In this document: piece by piece, positions 17,971 through 27,748 of the stretch
Position numbering within the stretch: position 1 is the stretch's first letter
Layout: every line of letters begins with the position of its first letter
From: Candidatus Poriferisodalis sp.
GTDB taxonomy: Bacteria > Actinomycetota > Acidimicrobiia > Acidimicrobiales > Poriferisodalaceae
DNA: 64,000 bases
Reading direction: 5' to 3'
Assembly: GCF_965219595.1 (NCBI RefSeq)
Contig: NZ_OZ244781.1
Coordinates: forward strand, 133,429-197,428
Notes under the pieces: generated by a model
The model's input: the letters and a program-made list of their open reading frames with translations, nothing else
What the model was told of the DNA's origin: nothing
Database searches by the model: none
Translations under genes and position numbers: made by a program

Positions 17971-18974
17971 AGCGTGCCCTTCGTCGCTTCGTCTGCAGCC
18001 GCTTCTTCGGCAACGGCCATGCGGTAGCCGGTGGCCTGCAGGAATACGTCGTCGAGCGTGGGCGTGCGTACCGTCAGCGCGGTGGGATGCACGTCGGCGT
18101 TCGCCAACGCCACGGCGGCCGCGCCGATGAGCCCGGCACCGTCGGATGTCGCGATGGTGACGCCGAGCCGGCCCGCCGTCACGCCGTCTGCGCCCGGCAC
18201 TGACGACGCCACTTCGGCTGCCCGGCTGATGTCGCTGGGCTCGAGATCCACCACGATGACGTCGGCGCCGACACCCCGCTTCAGCTCGACCGGCGTTCCC
18301 TGCTCCACGATCCGGCCGTCGGCCAGGATCGCGATCCGATCCGCCAGCGCATCGGCTTCCTCCAGGTACTGGGTAGTGAGGAACACCGTGACGCCCAGCT
18401 CACTGTTGAGACGTCGCACCTCCTCCCAGACCTGCGCACGGCTCACGGGGTCGAGGCCGGTGGTGGGCTCGTCCAGGAAGATCACCTCTGGTGCATGGAT
18501 CAGCGACGCCGCCAGGTCGAGGCGTCGCTTCATGCCGCCGCTGTAGGTGCTGACACGGTCGTCGATGGCATCGCCGATATCCGCGAGGTCGATGGCCTGG
18601 GAGATGGACGAGGCCCGGTCGGCCGGGCGCAGCCCGTACAGGCGGGCCTGCAGGTCGAGGATCTCGCGGCCGGTCTGCTTCTCGTCGAGGGCCGCCTCCT
18701 GCATAGCCACACCGATGCGGACGCGGACCTCGCCGGGGTTCTTGGCCACGTCGTAGCCGGCAACACGTGCTGAGCCCGCCGTCGGAGCCAGCAGCGTGCA
18801 CAGCATGCGCACCGTCGTGCTCTTGCCCGCGCCGTTCGGACCCAGGAAACCGAAGATCTCGCCCTGATGAACGAGCAAGTCCACGCCGTCCACCGCCCGC
18901 TTGGCCCCGAACTCACGCACCAGCCCGTGGGCTTCGATCGCCGTTACCGGCGCTAAGGAATTCGATTCGGACAC
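17967..18974 (-). CDS. ABC transporter ATP-binding protein (DrrA-like)
   Basis: Walker A GPNGAGKST, signature YSGGMKRRL and Walker B IFLDEPTTGLD. Confidence 0.92.
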   Translation of the reverse strand: MSESNSLAPVTAIEAHGLVREFGAKRAVDGVDLLVHQGEIFGFLGPNGAGKSTTVRMLCTLLAPTAGSARVAGYDVAKNPGEVRVRIGVAMQEAALDEKQTGREILDLQARLYGLRPADRASSISQAIDLADIGDAIDDRVSTYSGGMKRRLDLAASLIHAPEVIFLDEPTTGLDPVSRAQVWEEVRRLNSELGVTVFLTTQYLEEADALADRIAILADGRIVEQGTPVELKRGVGADVIVVDLEPSDISRAAEVASSVPGADGVTAGRLGVTIATSDGAGLIGAAAVALANADVHPTALTVRTPTLDDVFLQATGYRMAVAEEAAADEATKGTL

Positions 18975-19034
18975 CGGCGGCAGGCTACCGAGCGGCCTGC
19001 GCTGGAGACCCGGGAATTTAAGGCAACTTGCTCG

Positions 19035-20477
19035 CTAGCCGGGAAGCTGTGGCAGGACGTCGATGTGGCGGGTGGCCGACTCCCACGCGTGGGCCAGCTC
19101 GAGCACCGAGCGGTCGGCGCGGTGGCGGCCGACGAGCTGCAGGCCTACCGGCAGCCCGTCGGGGGTGAATCCGGCCGGCACCGAGATGGCGGGATGCGTG
19201 GTGACGGTGATGTCGCTGCATGAGCGCATCCAGTCGATGTAGGTCTCGAACTCGACGCCGTCGATCTCAGTGGGGTACTCGACCTCGACGTCGAACGGCG
19301 GCACCTGGGTGGTGGGACACGCCAAGAAATCGAAGCCGCCGCTGGGCGACATGAATTCGTTCATGCGGGCGAAGAGCTGGGTGTGCCGTCGGGCGACGTC
19401 GGTGTACTCGTGGATCGACATCTCGAAACCCTTCTGGATGTTCCAGGCGAGCGTTTCCTTGAACTGGTCCCGGTGCTGTTCGAGAAGCGGGCCGAAGCCG
19501 ACGGCAAACAACCAAGCTCGGCGAGCCTGGAAGATCTGCGGGGCGTCGGACAGGTCGGGCCAGGCTTCGACGACCTCACAGCCCAGGTCGGCGAGCACAT
19601 CGGGCACGTTCGACGTCGCGGCCCGGACCGCCGGGTCAACCGGGAGACCGCCGGCGTCAGGCGACCATGCCACGCGTACGCCGTGCAGGTCGCGGTCCAG
19701 CGAGCCGGCGAAGACTTCCGGCAACTCTTGATTCGACACCGGCGAACGGTCATCGGGGCCGGCGAGCGCCCGCAGGAAGAACGCCACGTCGCCGACCGTC
19801 CGCCCCATCGGGCCCTCGACGGCCAGCGGAAACCAGGCATCCATCGCCGTGGTCGACGGCACCCGTCCAGGCGAGGGCCGGAAGCCCACGATGTTGCAGA
19901 ACGCCGCCGGGTTGCGCAGCGAGCCGCCCAGGTCTGACCCGTCGCACAGCGGCAGCATCCGGGCGGCCAGCGCCACTGCTGCGCCCCCGCTGGAGCCGCC
20001 GCAGGTCTTGCTGACGTCGTAGGGGTTGCGGGTGATGCCGAACACCGGGTTGAACGTGTGCGAGCCGGCGCCGAACTCGGGCGTGTTGGTCTTGCCCACC
20101 ATCACAGCGCCAGCCTCTCGCTGACGCTCCACCACCAGCGCATCGATGTCGGGGACGAACTCGGCGAACAGCGGCGAGCCCATGGTGGTGCGCACGCCGG
20201 CGGTCAGCGCCAGGTCTTTGTGGGCCACGGGCAGCCCGTGCAGCAGTCCCAGCGACTCGCCTCGGGTCCGCGCGTCGTCGGCAGCGGCCGCACGTTCGGC
20301 CGCCAGCTCAGGCGTGAACGTGACAATGGCGTTGAGGGCAGGGTTGACCTGCTCGATGCGCTCGAGATGTGCCGCCAGCAGCTCTCGCGCCGAGATCTCT
20401 CCGTCGGCCAGCATGGCCGCCATCTGTGTGGCAGGCAGCCCGCAGACGCCCGCATCATTCCCAGAGCCCGAGTTCAT
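19035..20477 (-). CDS. amidase (amidase-signature family)
   Basis: GGSSGGAAVALAA and the HKD...GSP pattern. Start set at ATG 20477 to avoid overlap with the divergent peptidase gene; ATG 20540 is also possible. Confidence 0.88.
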   Translation of the reverse strand: MNSGSGNDAGVCGLPATQMAAMLADGEISARELLAAHLERIEQVNPALNAIVTFTPELAAERAAAADDARTRGESLGLLHGLPVAHKDLALTAGVRTTMGSPLFAEFVPDIDALVVERQREAGAVMVGKTNTPEFGAGSHTFNPVFGITRNPYDVSKTCGGSSGGAAVALAARMLPLCDGSDLGGSLRNPAAFCNIVGFRPSPGRVPSTTAMDAWFPLAVEGPMGRTVGDVAFFLRALAGPDDRSPVSNQELPEVFAGSLDRDLHGVRVAWSPDAGGLPVDPAVRAATSNVPDVLADLGCEVVEAWPDLSDAPQIFQARRAWLFAVGFGPLLEQHRDQFKETLAWNIQKGFEMSIHEYTDVARRHTQLFARMNEFMSPSGGFDFLACPTTQVPPFDVEVEYPTEIDGVEFETYIDWMRSCSDITVTTHPAISVPAGFTPDGLPVGLQLVGRHRADRSVLELAHAWESATRHIDVLPQLPG

Positions 20478-20527
20478 CGGGTCATTCGACCACAGTCGCA
20501 CGCCCGCCGCCGCGTAAGTTTCAGGCC

Positions 20528-21901
20528 ATGAGCCAGTCATTCACTGCTGGGACCAGCGACGAGAACCGTCGCACCGGTCAGACCGTCGAGCTGCTGCAAA
20601 CGCTGATCCGCAACGAGTGCGTCAACTACGGCACGGCCGAATCCGGCGGCGAAGTCCGCAACTCCGACACCATCCAGGCCTACCTCGAAGGCGCCGGACT
20701 GGATCTCGAGGTGTTCGACGCGGCGCCTGGCCGGCGATCGCTGGTGACCCGCATCGAAGGCAGCGACCCGAACGCTCCCACCCTGTGCCTCATGGGCCAC
20801 ACCGACGTGGTGCCGGTGAATCGTGACGGCTGGAGCCGCGACCCCTTCGGCGGGGAGCTCATCGACGGCGAAGTCTGGGGCCGCGGCGCCGTCGACATGC
20901 TCAACCTCACGTCCTCGATGGCGGTGGCGATGCGGCACCTGGCCCTGACCGGCTACCGGCCCAAGGGCGACCTCATCTATTTCGCCTGTGCCGACGAGGA
21001 AGCCGGCTCTGCTTATGGCGCTCGCTGGATGGCCGAGAACCACTGGGATGTCATCGGGGCCGACTACGTGCTGACCGAGAACGGCGGCCTGCACTCGGGG
21101 TCGCCCGACGCCCCGTTCATCGGCATGAACATCGGCGAGAAGGGCGTGGCGTGGCGGCGACTGCGAGTGCGAGGCGTGCCCGGCCACGGCTCACGTCCGT
21201 TCCGGCAGGACAACGCGCTGGTGAAGGCCGCCGCAGTAGTGCACCGGATCTCGGAGTACCGGCCACCGCCGAAGTTCCACGAGCTGTGGCGCGAGCAGGT
21301 CGACACGCTCGGCGTCGACGACGAAACCAAGGCCATCATGCTCGACGAGAACCTCATCGAGGATTGGCTCGACGCCCATCCGAGCGCGTCGGCGGCCGCT
21401 CACCTGTACTCGTGCACCCACACATCGTTCTCACCGAATGTCCTCGGGGCGCCCACCGCCATGAAGACGAACGTCATCCCTGATCACGTCGACATCGAGG
21501 TGGACGTGCGGACGCTGCCCGGCGAGGGCGCTGCGGAGGTGCAGGCGCATCTCGACGAGGCGCTCGGTGATCTCGCCGACCAGGTCGAGGTGGAGATCAT
21601 CATGAACGACCCGGCATCGCTGAGCCGGGTCGAGACGCCGCTGTGGGACGCGCTGGAGGTGGCGGTAGGGCGCCGCTTCCCGACTGCCCGGCTGACGCCC
21701 CAGCTCATCATCGGGTTCACCGACTCCCGGGTGTATCGCGACATGGGGGCAGTCGCATACGGCGCCGGCCTGTTCAGCCCCGAGCTCGACGGCGCCGACT
21801 TCGGCGCCCGGTTCCATGGGAACGACGAGCGCATCGACATCGAGTCGCTAGCGCTTACCACCCAGCTGTGGCTCGACGTGGTCGACAGCCTCTGGGGCTA
21901 A
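20528..21901 (+). CDS. M20 family metallopeptidase/deacylase
   Basis: ATG 20528. LCLMGHTDVVP, ADEEAGS and GHGSRP motifs. Confidence 0.88.
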   Translation: MSQSFTAGTSDENRRTGQTVELLQTLIRNECVNYGTAESGGEVRNSDTIQAYLEGAGLDLEVFDAAPGRRSLVTRIEGSDPNAPTLCLMGHTDVVPVNRDGWSRDPFGGELIDGEVWGRGAVDMLNLTSSMAVAMRHLALTGYRPKGDLIYFACADEEAGSAYGARWMAENHWDVIGADYVLTENGGLHSGSPDAPFIGMNIGEKGVAWRRLRVRGVPGHGSRPFRQDNALVKAAAVVHRISEYRPPPKFHELWREQVDTLGVDDETKAIMLDENLIEDWLDAHPSASAAAHLYSCTHTSFSPNVLGAPTAMKTNVIPDHVDIEVDVRTLPGEGAAEVQAHLDEALGDLADQVEVEIIMNDPASLSRVETPLWDALEVAVGRRFPTARLTPQLIIGFTDSRVYRDMGAVAYGAGLFSPELDGADFGARFHGNDERIDIESLALTTQLWLDVVDSLWG

Positions 21902-21974
21902 GGGCGGGGCCTACGGGCTGACCGGGAGGGGTCCGGCGCCGGTTGGGGCATTTGGGGCCAGCCATACACTGCGG

Positions 21975-22772
21975 TTGATGGCATTGGCCAACACAGGGCC
22001 GGACGCCGCATCCGGTACACCGCTCTTCGAGATCGACGACTTGGGGGTGCGGGCCGTCGACGGCCCGCAGATCCTGCGCGGCGTGGATCTGGTGGTCAAC
22101 GCGGGCGAGTGCCACGCCATCATGGGCCCCAACGGGTCGGGCAAATCGACCCTGGCCACCACGATCCTGGGCTCGCCGGAGTACGAGGTGACCGGCGGGG
22201 AGATCCGCTACCGGGGCGACGACGTGGCCGAGTGGGATCCCGATGCCCGCTCGAAGGCCGGGCTGTTCCTGGCGTTCCAGTACCCGCAGCACATCCCAGG
22301 CGTGTCGGTGCGCAATTTCCTGCGCCAAGCGGTCTCGGCACGGCGGGGCGAAGACGTGTCGGCCATCGAGATCTACGTCGCCATGGGCGAGTGGATGTCG
22401 CGGCTGGGCATGGACGAGTCGTTCATGGACCGCTACCTCAACGAGGGCTTCAGCGGCGGCGAGCGCAAGCGCAATGAGATCCTGCAGCTTGCCCTGCTCG
22501 AACCTGACGTAGCCGTGCTCGACGAGACAGATTCGGGCCTCGACATCGACGCGCTGCGGGTGGTGGCCACCGGACTGCAGCAGGTCCGCGCCGAGCGGCC
22601 GCACATGGGCGTGGTGCTCATCACGCACTACGAACGCCTGCTGGGCGAGATCGAACCCGACTACGTCCACGTGCTGGTCGACGGGCAGATCGTGGCCTCG
22701 GGCGGCCCGGAGCTCGCCGCCGAGCTGGAACGAGACGGCTACGAGCCCTTCGAGCAGAAGGCGGCGGCGTGA
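21975..22772 (+). CDS. sufC: Fe-S cluster assembly ATPase SufC (canonical copy)
   Basis: GPNGSGKSTLA, LAFQYP..IPGV, NEGFSGGERKRNEILQ and LDETDSGLDIDAL. 4-nt overlap with sufS. Confidence 0.93.
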   Translation: MMALANTGPDAASGTPLFEIDDLGVRAVDGPQILRGVDLVVNAGECHAIMGPNGSGKSTLATTILGSPEYEVTGGEIRYRGDDVAEWDPDARSKAGLFLAFQYPQHIPGVSVRNFLRQAVSARRGEDVSAIEIYVAMGEWMSRLGMDESFMDRYLNEGFSGGERKRNEILQLALLEPDVAVLDETDSGLDIDALRVVATGLQQVRAERPHMGVVLITHYERLLGEIEPDYVHVLVDGQIVASGGPELAAELERDGYEPFEQKAAA

Positions 22773-24016
22773 GCGCCCGGGTCAGCCCCGAGATCGACGG
22801 GGCAGTGAAGGCGCAGTTCCCGCTGCTCGAGCGCAGCGTCCACGGCCGTCCGATCGTCTATCTCGACTCTGCGGCGTCGTCGCAGAAGCCGATGGCGGTG
22901 CTCGACGCCATGGACGACTACTACCGCACCGTCAATGCCAACGTCCATCGCGGCGCGTACGAGATCGCCGCGGCCGCGACAGAGCAGATGGAACAGGCAC
23001 GGGCCGACGTTGCCCGGTTCATCTCGGCCCCGAGCGCGGACGAGATCGTGTTCACCAAGAACGCCACCGAGGCCATGAACCTGGTGGCCCGCTCGTGGGG
23101 CGGCTCGAACCTCGGTCCGGCCGATGCGATCGTGCTCACCGAGATGGAGCACCACGCCAACATCGTGCCGTGGCACATCCTGGCCGCCGAGCGGGGCTTC
23201 GAGATCCGCTGGATTCCCATCACCCACGACGGCTGCTTGGACCTCACCGACCTCGACCGCCTGCTCGACGGGGCGAAGCTGCTGTCGGTGACCGCCATGA
23301 GCAACGTGCTCGGCACGCTCAACCCGATCCCCCGCCTCGCCGCCGCGGCTCACGACGCCGGTGCGCTGCTCAGCGTGGACGCCAGCCAGTACGTGCCGCA
23401 CCTGCCCACTGATGTGGGGGAACTGGGCGCCGACTTCATGGTGTTCACCGGGCACAAGATGTGCGGGCCGACCGGTGTGGGCGTGCTGTGGGCTCGCATG
23501 GAGCTGCTCGACGCCATGCCGCCGTTCCTGGGCGGCGGCGAGATGATCCTCGACGTCACCAAGGAAGGCTTCCGGCCCAACACGGTGCCGCACAAGTTCG
23601 AGGCGGGCACCCCGCCCATCGCCGAGATCGTGGGCCTCGGGGCCGCGGTGAGATACCTCGAGGGGCTGGGCATGGATGCCGTGCGAGCCCACGAGGTCAG
23701 CCTCACCGGCTACGCCCTGCGGACGCTGACCGACCGCCACGGCGACGACATCACCGTGCACGGGCCTTCGGAGCCGGCGCAGCGCGGTGGCGTGCTGTCG
23801 TTCGTGTACCGCGACGTGCACCCGCACGACATCTCCCAAGTGCTCGACCAGAGCGGCGTGTGCGTGCGCGCCGGCCACCACTGCGCCAAGCCGCTCATGC
23901 GATGCCTCGGCGTCTCTGCCACCACACGGGCCTCGCTGTACGTGTACAACGACACTTCCGACATAGATTCGCTGGCCGATGCGCTTGACGAGGTCGGCGC
24001 ACTGTTCGGCCACTAG
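22769..24016 (+). CDS. sufS: cysteine desulfurase SufS
   Basis: HHANIVPW, FTGHKMCGPTGVGVLW (PLP lysine) and RAGHHCAKP (catalytic Cys loop). Confidence 0.93.
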   Translation: MSARVSPEIDGAVKAQFPLLERSVHGRPIVYLDSAASSQKPMAVLDAMDDYYRTVNANVHRGAYEIAAAATEQMEQARADVARFISAPSADEIVFTKNATEAMNLVARSWGGSNLGPADAIVLTEMEHHANIVPWHILAAERGFEIRWIPITHDGCLDLTDLDRLLDGAKLLSVTAMSNVLGTLNPIPRLAAAAHDAGALLSVDASQYVPHLPTDVGELGADFMVFTGHKMCGPTGVGVLWARMELLDAMPPFLGGGEMILDVTKEGFRPNTVPHKFEAGTPPIAEIVGLGAAVRYLEGLGMDAVRAHEVSLTGYALRTLTDRHGDDITVHGPSEPAQRGGVLSFVYRDVHPHDISQVLDQSGVCVRAGHHCAKPLMRCLGVSATTRASLYVYNDTSDIDSLADALDEVGALFGH

Positions 24017-24046
24017 AGGCGACGGACCGGGACGAAGCAGGATCCG

Positions 24047-24547
24047 ATGGCTGGGCTCGAAGACCTGTACCGGGAGATCATCCTCGATCACTACCGGAAC
24101 CCGCGCAATCGCGGCGAGCTGGAATGCCCGCCGGCGCATCGCAGCGAGGGCTTCAACCCGCTGTGCGGGGACGAGGTGGTGCTGACCTTCGAGATGGACG
24201 GCGATGTGGTGACCGATCTTCGTGTCGGCGGCTACGGCTGCTCCATCAGCCAGGCATCCGCGTCGATGATGTCGGCTGCGGTGATCGGCAAGACCATCGA
24301 TGAGATCCGCGACCTGACTCGGTCCTTCAAGGCCATGATGTCGATTCACGAGGAGTCGATCGGCGGCGACGGGACCGAAGCGCTCGACGGAGCTGGTGAG
24401 TCAGACGGCTCGACAGACGGCGCTCTGCGGCTGGGCGATCTGGAGGCCTTGCGGGGCGTGGTGAAGTTCCCCGTGCGCATCAAGTGCGCCACCCTCGGCT
24501 GGAACGCGCTCGCCACCGGCCTCGACGAGACGGTCGGTGCAAGTTGA
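24047..24547 (+). CDS. sufU: SUF-type sulfur acceptor/scaffold SufU
   Basis: YRNPRN, NPLCGD, GYGCSISQAS and KCATLGWNAL with the SufU-type insertion before the last Cys. Confidence 0.9.
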   Translation: MAGLEDLYREIILDHYRNPRNRGELECPPAHRSEGFNPLCGDEVVLTFEMDGDVVTDLRVGGYGCSISQASASMMSAAVIGKTIDEIRDLTRSFKAMMSIHEESIGGDGTEALDGAGESDGSTDGALRLGDLEALRGVVKFPVRIKCATLGWNALATGLDETVGAS

Positions 24548-24615
24548 GGGCTCAAACGCATCGGCTCGCCGGGTCGCGCCGCTAGTCCTGCGCCGAATCT
24601 GCGGAGCCTGCTTCT

Positions 24616-25806
24616 ATGGGGACTGTGTCTGAGGAGGCCGAGCGACGCGGCGAACTCGTCGAGCGAGCACGGCAGCTCGCGCCGAAACTGGCTGCCCGGG
24701 CAGCGGCCGACCCCTGGGCTCGCCGGGTCGAAGCCGATGTCATCGACGAGTTGCGCGGCGCGGAGCTGCTGACGATCGGCCAACCGAGCGCCAACGGCGG
24801 CCAGGAGCTCGACTGGATCACCTACCTCGAAGTGAATGCGGCGCTGGCGGAGGGCTGCCCGTCAACCGCGTGGCACTCATGCGTCGGCAACGCGCACGCC
24901 TGGCTGGTGGGCCATTGGCCTGATGCGTGCCAAGAAGAGATCTATGGCGACGGGCGCGACATCTACGTGGCCGGCGTGCTGGTCGACCGGGGCGACGCTG
25001 TGCCCGTCGACGGCGGCTGGACGCTGAGCGGTTTCTGGACGTTCGGCTCGGGCATCGATCACGCCGGCTGGGTGATCCTGGGCGGCCACTTCCCATCACC
25101 AGATGGCGACGGACTGGTCTCGGGCATGTTCGTGCTTCCCGCCGACGATGTCTCGGCACTCGACGACTGGCACTCCAGCGGGTTGCGGGCCACCGGCAGC
25201 AGCAGCATCGTGGTGAAGGACGCATTTGTACCCGAGCACCGCTTCATTCGCGGCGATGTGCTGGCGTCAGGCCAGACGCCGGGCATGGCCCGCAATCGCG
25301 GCTGGATCCAGCGCAGCTCGCTCATGCCGACGCTGGCATACGCGCTGGTGCCGCCAGCTCTGGGCGCCGCTCGGGCGTCACTGTCCGCATTCGCCGAAGA
25401 AGTTGAAGGCAAGATCATCAGCCACGTCGACGTGCCGCAGACCGACTGGCCGCTGACGCACCGCCAGTTCGCCGAAGCCCACGCACTCGTCGACCAAGGC
25501 GAACTGCTGATGCGGCGCACCGCCGAGCTGCTGATCGACACCGCACGCAACGATGAGGCCCTGGAGCTCGCGCTGCGGGCGAGGGTCCGGCTCGACTGCG
25601 CATACGCCGTCCGCCGCTGCCTCGAAGCCGTCCAGACGCTCTACCTGGCCACCGGCGGTCGCGGCGTGCGCGATTCCAACCGCATCGGCCGCCTACAAGC
25701 CGACCTGCAGGCCATCAACATGCACGCCATCACAGCGCTCGACCCAGCTCTGGAGGCCTACGGCCGCATCCTCATGGGCCACCCCCCTCGCACCCCCCGC
25801 CTCTAG
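24616..25806 (+). CDS. acyl-CoA dehydrogenase-fold flavin-dependent monooxygenase (two-component oxygenase subunit-like)
   Basis: 396 aa. The ...GGWTLSGFWTFGSGIDHAGWVILGG... pattern is typical of HsaA/DszC-like oxygenases; there is no ACAD catalytic-base context. Confidence 0.7.
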   Translation: MGTVSEEAERRGELVERARQLAPKLAARAAADPWARRVEADVIDELRGAELLTIGQPSANGGQELDWITYLEVNAALAEGCPSTAWHSCVGNAHAWLVGHWPDACQEEIYGDGRDIYVAGVLVDRGDAVPVDGGWTLSGFWTFGSGIDHAGWVILGGHFPSPDGDGLVSGMFVLPADDVSALDDWHSSGLRATGSSSIVVKDAFVPEHRFIRGDVLASGQTPGMARNRGWIQRSSLMPTLAYALVPPALGAARASLSAFAEEVEGKIISHVDVPQTDWPLTHRQFAEAHALVDQGELLMRRTAELLIDTARNDEALELALRARVRLDCAYAVRRCLEAVQTLYLATGGRGVRDSNRIGRLQADLQAINMHAITALDPALEAYGRILMGHPPRTPRL

Positions 25807-25824
25807 CCTCGCTTCATGGCATCA
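25791..25824 (+). repeat. left copy of a 34-bp direct repeat (30 bp perfect, 25795-25824)
   Basis: CAC(C)CCCCGCCTCTAGCCTCGCTTCATGGCATCA spans the monooxygenase stop (TAG 25804-06) and the ATG of the RCC1 gene. It recurs at 29181-29214. Confidence 0.95.
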
Positions 25825-27744
25825 TGCGCTCGCTGCACAGCACCGAGCGCCCGCAATCAGCGGCGGTACAGCCACAAGCTGCTGGCTCTGGCGCTCGCAG
25901 CCGCCGTGGCACTCGCCGCATGCACCTCTTCATCGACTGAATCGCCCGCCGCTGAAACCGGCGTCGGCGACGTCCCATCGGCTGCAACGGCCCCCGGGAC
26001 CTCATCGCCCGATGCGGTCGCAGTAGCCGACGAGAACGCCTCAGCGCCGACCACCGGCACTGTCGCAGCACATGACAGCGCGGCAGGTACCGAAGCAGGC
26101 GACGCTCAACATCTGCCGACCGATGCGCCGTCGACCGGCTACATCGCCGTCAGCGTCGGTACTTCCCATGCGTGCGCCATCACCGTCACGGGCGAGATCG
26201 AGTGCTGGGGCGATCGGACCGACCGGCGGACGGAGGCACCGTCGGGTACCTACACCGCTGTCTCGGCGGGCCGACGCCACTCATGCGCCATCGATACAGC
26301 AGGCGGCCTCACGTGCTGGGGGCGCTACAGCTTTCATCGTCCACCGCCCATCCTCTTCAACGACGGCATCAACCCTTTTGTCGCGATCGATGTCGGCGAG
26401 GACCGCGCATGCGCCGTCAAGGCCACCAGCCATGTGAGGTGCTGGGACGGCGCGATGGAGTCGTCCTCGAAGAGCATGTCGACGTACACCGTCCGTGCCC
26501 TAAAGCCGCACCAGGACGTCGCCGTGGGCTCGGCGAGCACCTGCGCTCTCACTCAAGACAACCAGGTGGACTGCTGGAGCACGTGGTCCGATGAACCACC
26601 TACGCCGCAGCGGCTGCGCGGCGGAACCTACGAGTCCATCGAAGGAGATGCTCAGCACGGTTGTGCGCTCTCGCATGAGGGGCACCTCACATGCTGGCCC
26701 TTCTCCGTCGAGCAAGAACTCAAGCAGGCCGATGGCAGCGAGACGACGTTCATCGACGTGTCTGCCGTCGAGGGGCATGCGTGCGCGGTGACGTCTGAAC
26801 GGGAACTCGCATGCTGGCGTCAATACGGCGGCGCTCATACACGCTCTGGCGAGTACGAGTCTGTCTCCGTGGGCCCCCAGAATGCATGCGCGATCAGAGT
26901 GGACCACCGCCTCGTCTGCTGGGGCTACGCGTACACCGTCGCCGAGAACCCGCCCGCTGACTCATTCACTGCAGTTTCTGCAGGCCGCGGGCGCACGTGC
27001 GGATTGACCGTAGGCGGCATGGTGCGCTGTTGGGGCTCAGCAGAGTGGGACAGCTCGGATGCCGGTTCCTCGGAATTCACATCAATCAGCGCCTCGTGGG
27101 ATCATCACTGCGCAATCAACAAGAAGGCCGAACTCCGTTGCTGGGGACTCAGCTACGCCGGTCGGTTCGACGTCCCATCGGGTAGCTACATCACTGTTGC
27201 CACCAACGAACACCACACCTGCGCCATCACGACACAGGATGAGCTCCGGTGCTGGGGCTTCGACGAGCACGGCCAGACCGACAACCCTCCGGGTCGATAC
27301 TCGGCTGTCGCCACCGGACGGAGGTTCACCTGCGCCATCGGGATCGACGGTCACGCCGCGTGCTGGGGCGACAGCCGGCACGGACGCACCGACCCCCCGC
27401 CTGGCACCTACACCTCCATCGCGGCGGGCTGGTGGCATGCCTGCGGCATCCGAGACGGCGGCGCTGCTGTGTGTTGGGGCCGCAACGACTACGGCCAGAT
27501 GGACATCCCCGAGGGCACGTACTCGCGCATTGCCACGAACGAACGCCACACCTGCGCGATCACAACCGAGGGAGAACTTCGCTGCTGGGGTTTCAACGAC
27601 ATGGGCCAGCTCGATGCACCCCCGGGGCGCTACCTCGAGGTCACTGCGGGCCAAGATCACACCTGCGCTCTCACCGCCGACAAGCGGGCCGTCTGCTGGG
27701 GCCACGGAGGTCGCAGCAAGTTTCGAGCAGATCGGACTGGCTAG
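25816..27744 (+). CDS. RCC1-like repeat lipoprotein (14 blade repeats)
   Basis: Signal plus lipobox LAAC, then 14 repeats of ~40 aa of the form H.CA[ILV]....G...CWG (e.g. HACAITVTGEIECWG ... HTCALTADKRAVCWG). Confidence 0.9.
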   Translation: MASCARCTAPSARNQRRYSHKLLALALAAAVALAACTSSSTESPAAETGVGDVPSAATAPGTSSPDAVAVADENASAPTTGTVAAHDSAAGTEAGDAQHLPTDAPSTGYIAVSVGTSHACAITVTGEIECWGDRTDRRTEAPSGTYTAVSAGRRHSCAIDTAGGLTCWGRYSFHRPPPILFNDGINPFVAIDVGEDRACAVKATSHVRCWDGAMESSSKSMSTYTVRALKPHQDVAVGSASTCALTQDNQVDCWSTWSDEPPTPQRLRGGTYESIEGDAQHGCALSHEGHLTCWPFSVEQELKQADGSETTFIDVSAVEGHACAVTSERELACWRQYGGAHTRSGEYESVSVGPQNACAIRVDHRLVCWGYAYTVAENPPADSFTAVSAGRGRTCGLTVGGMVRCWGSAEWDSSDAGSSEFTSISASWDHHCAINKKAELRCWGLSYAGRFDVPSGSYITVATNEHHTCAITTQDELRCWGFDEHGQTDNPPGRYSAVATGRRFTCAIGIDGHAACWGDSRHGRTDPPPGTYTSIAAGWWHACGIRDGGAAVCWGRNDYGQMDIPEGTYSRIATNERHTCAITTEGELRCWGFNDMGQLDAPPGRYLEVTAGQDHTCALTADKRAVCWGHGGRSKFRADRTG

Positions 27745-27748
27745 AGAC

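Noticed and set aside
27059-27748. N-terminal 230 aa of the 692-aa ORF 27059..29137.
   Set aside because: This stretch overlaps the RCC1-repeat gene in another frame and is Pro/Ala/Ser/Thr/Arg-rich. A GTG at 27749 directly after the RCC1 stop is followed by a proper lipoprotein signal.
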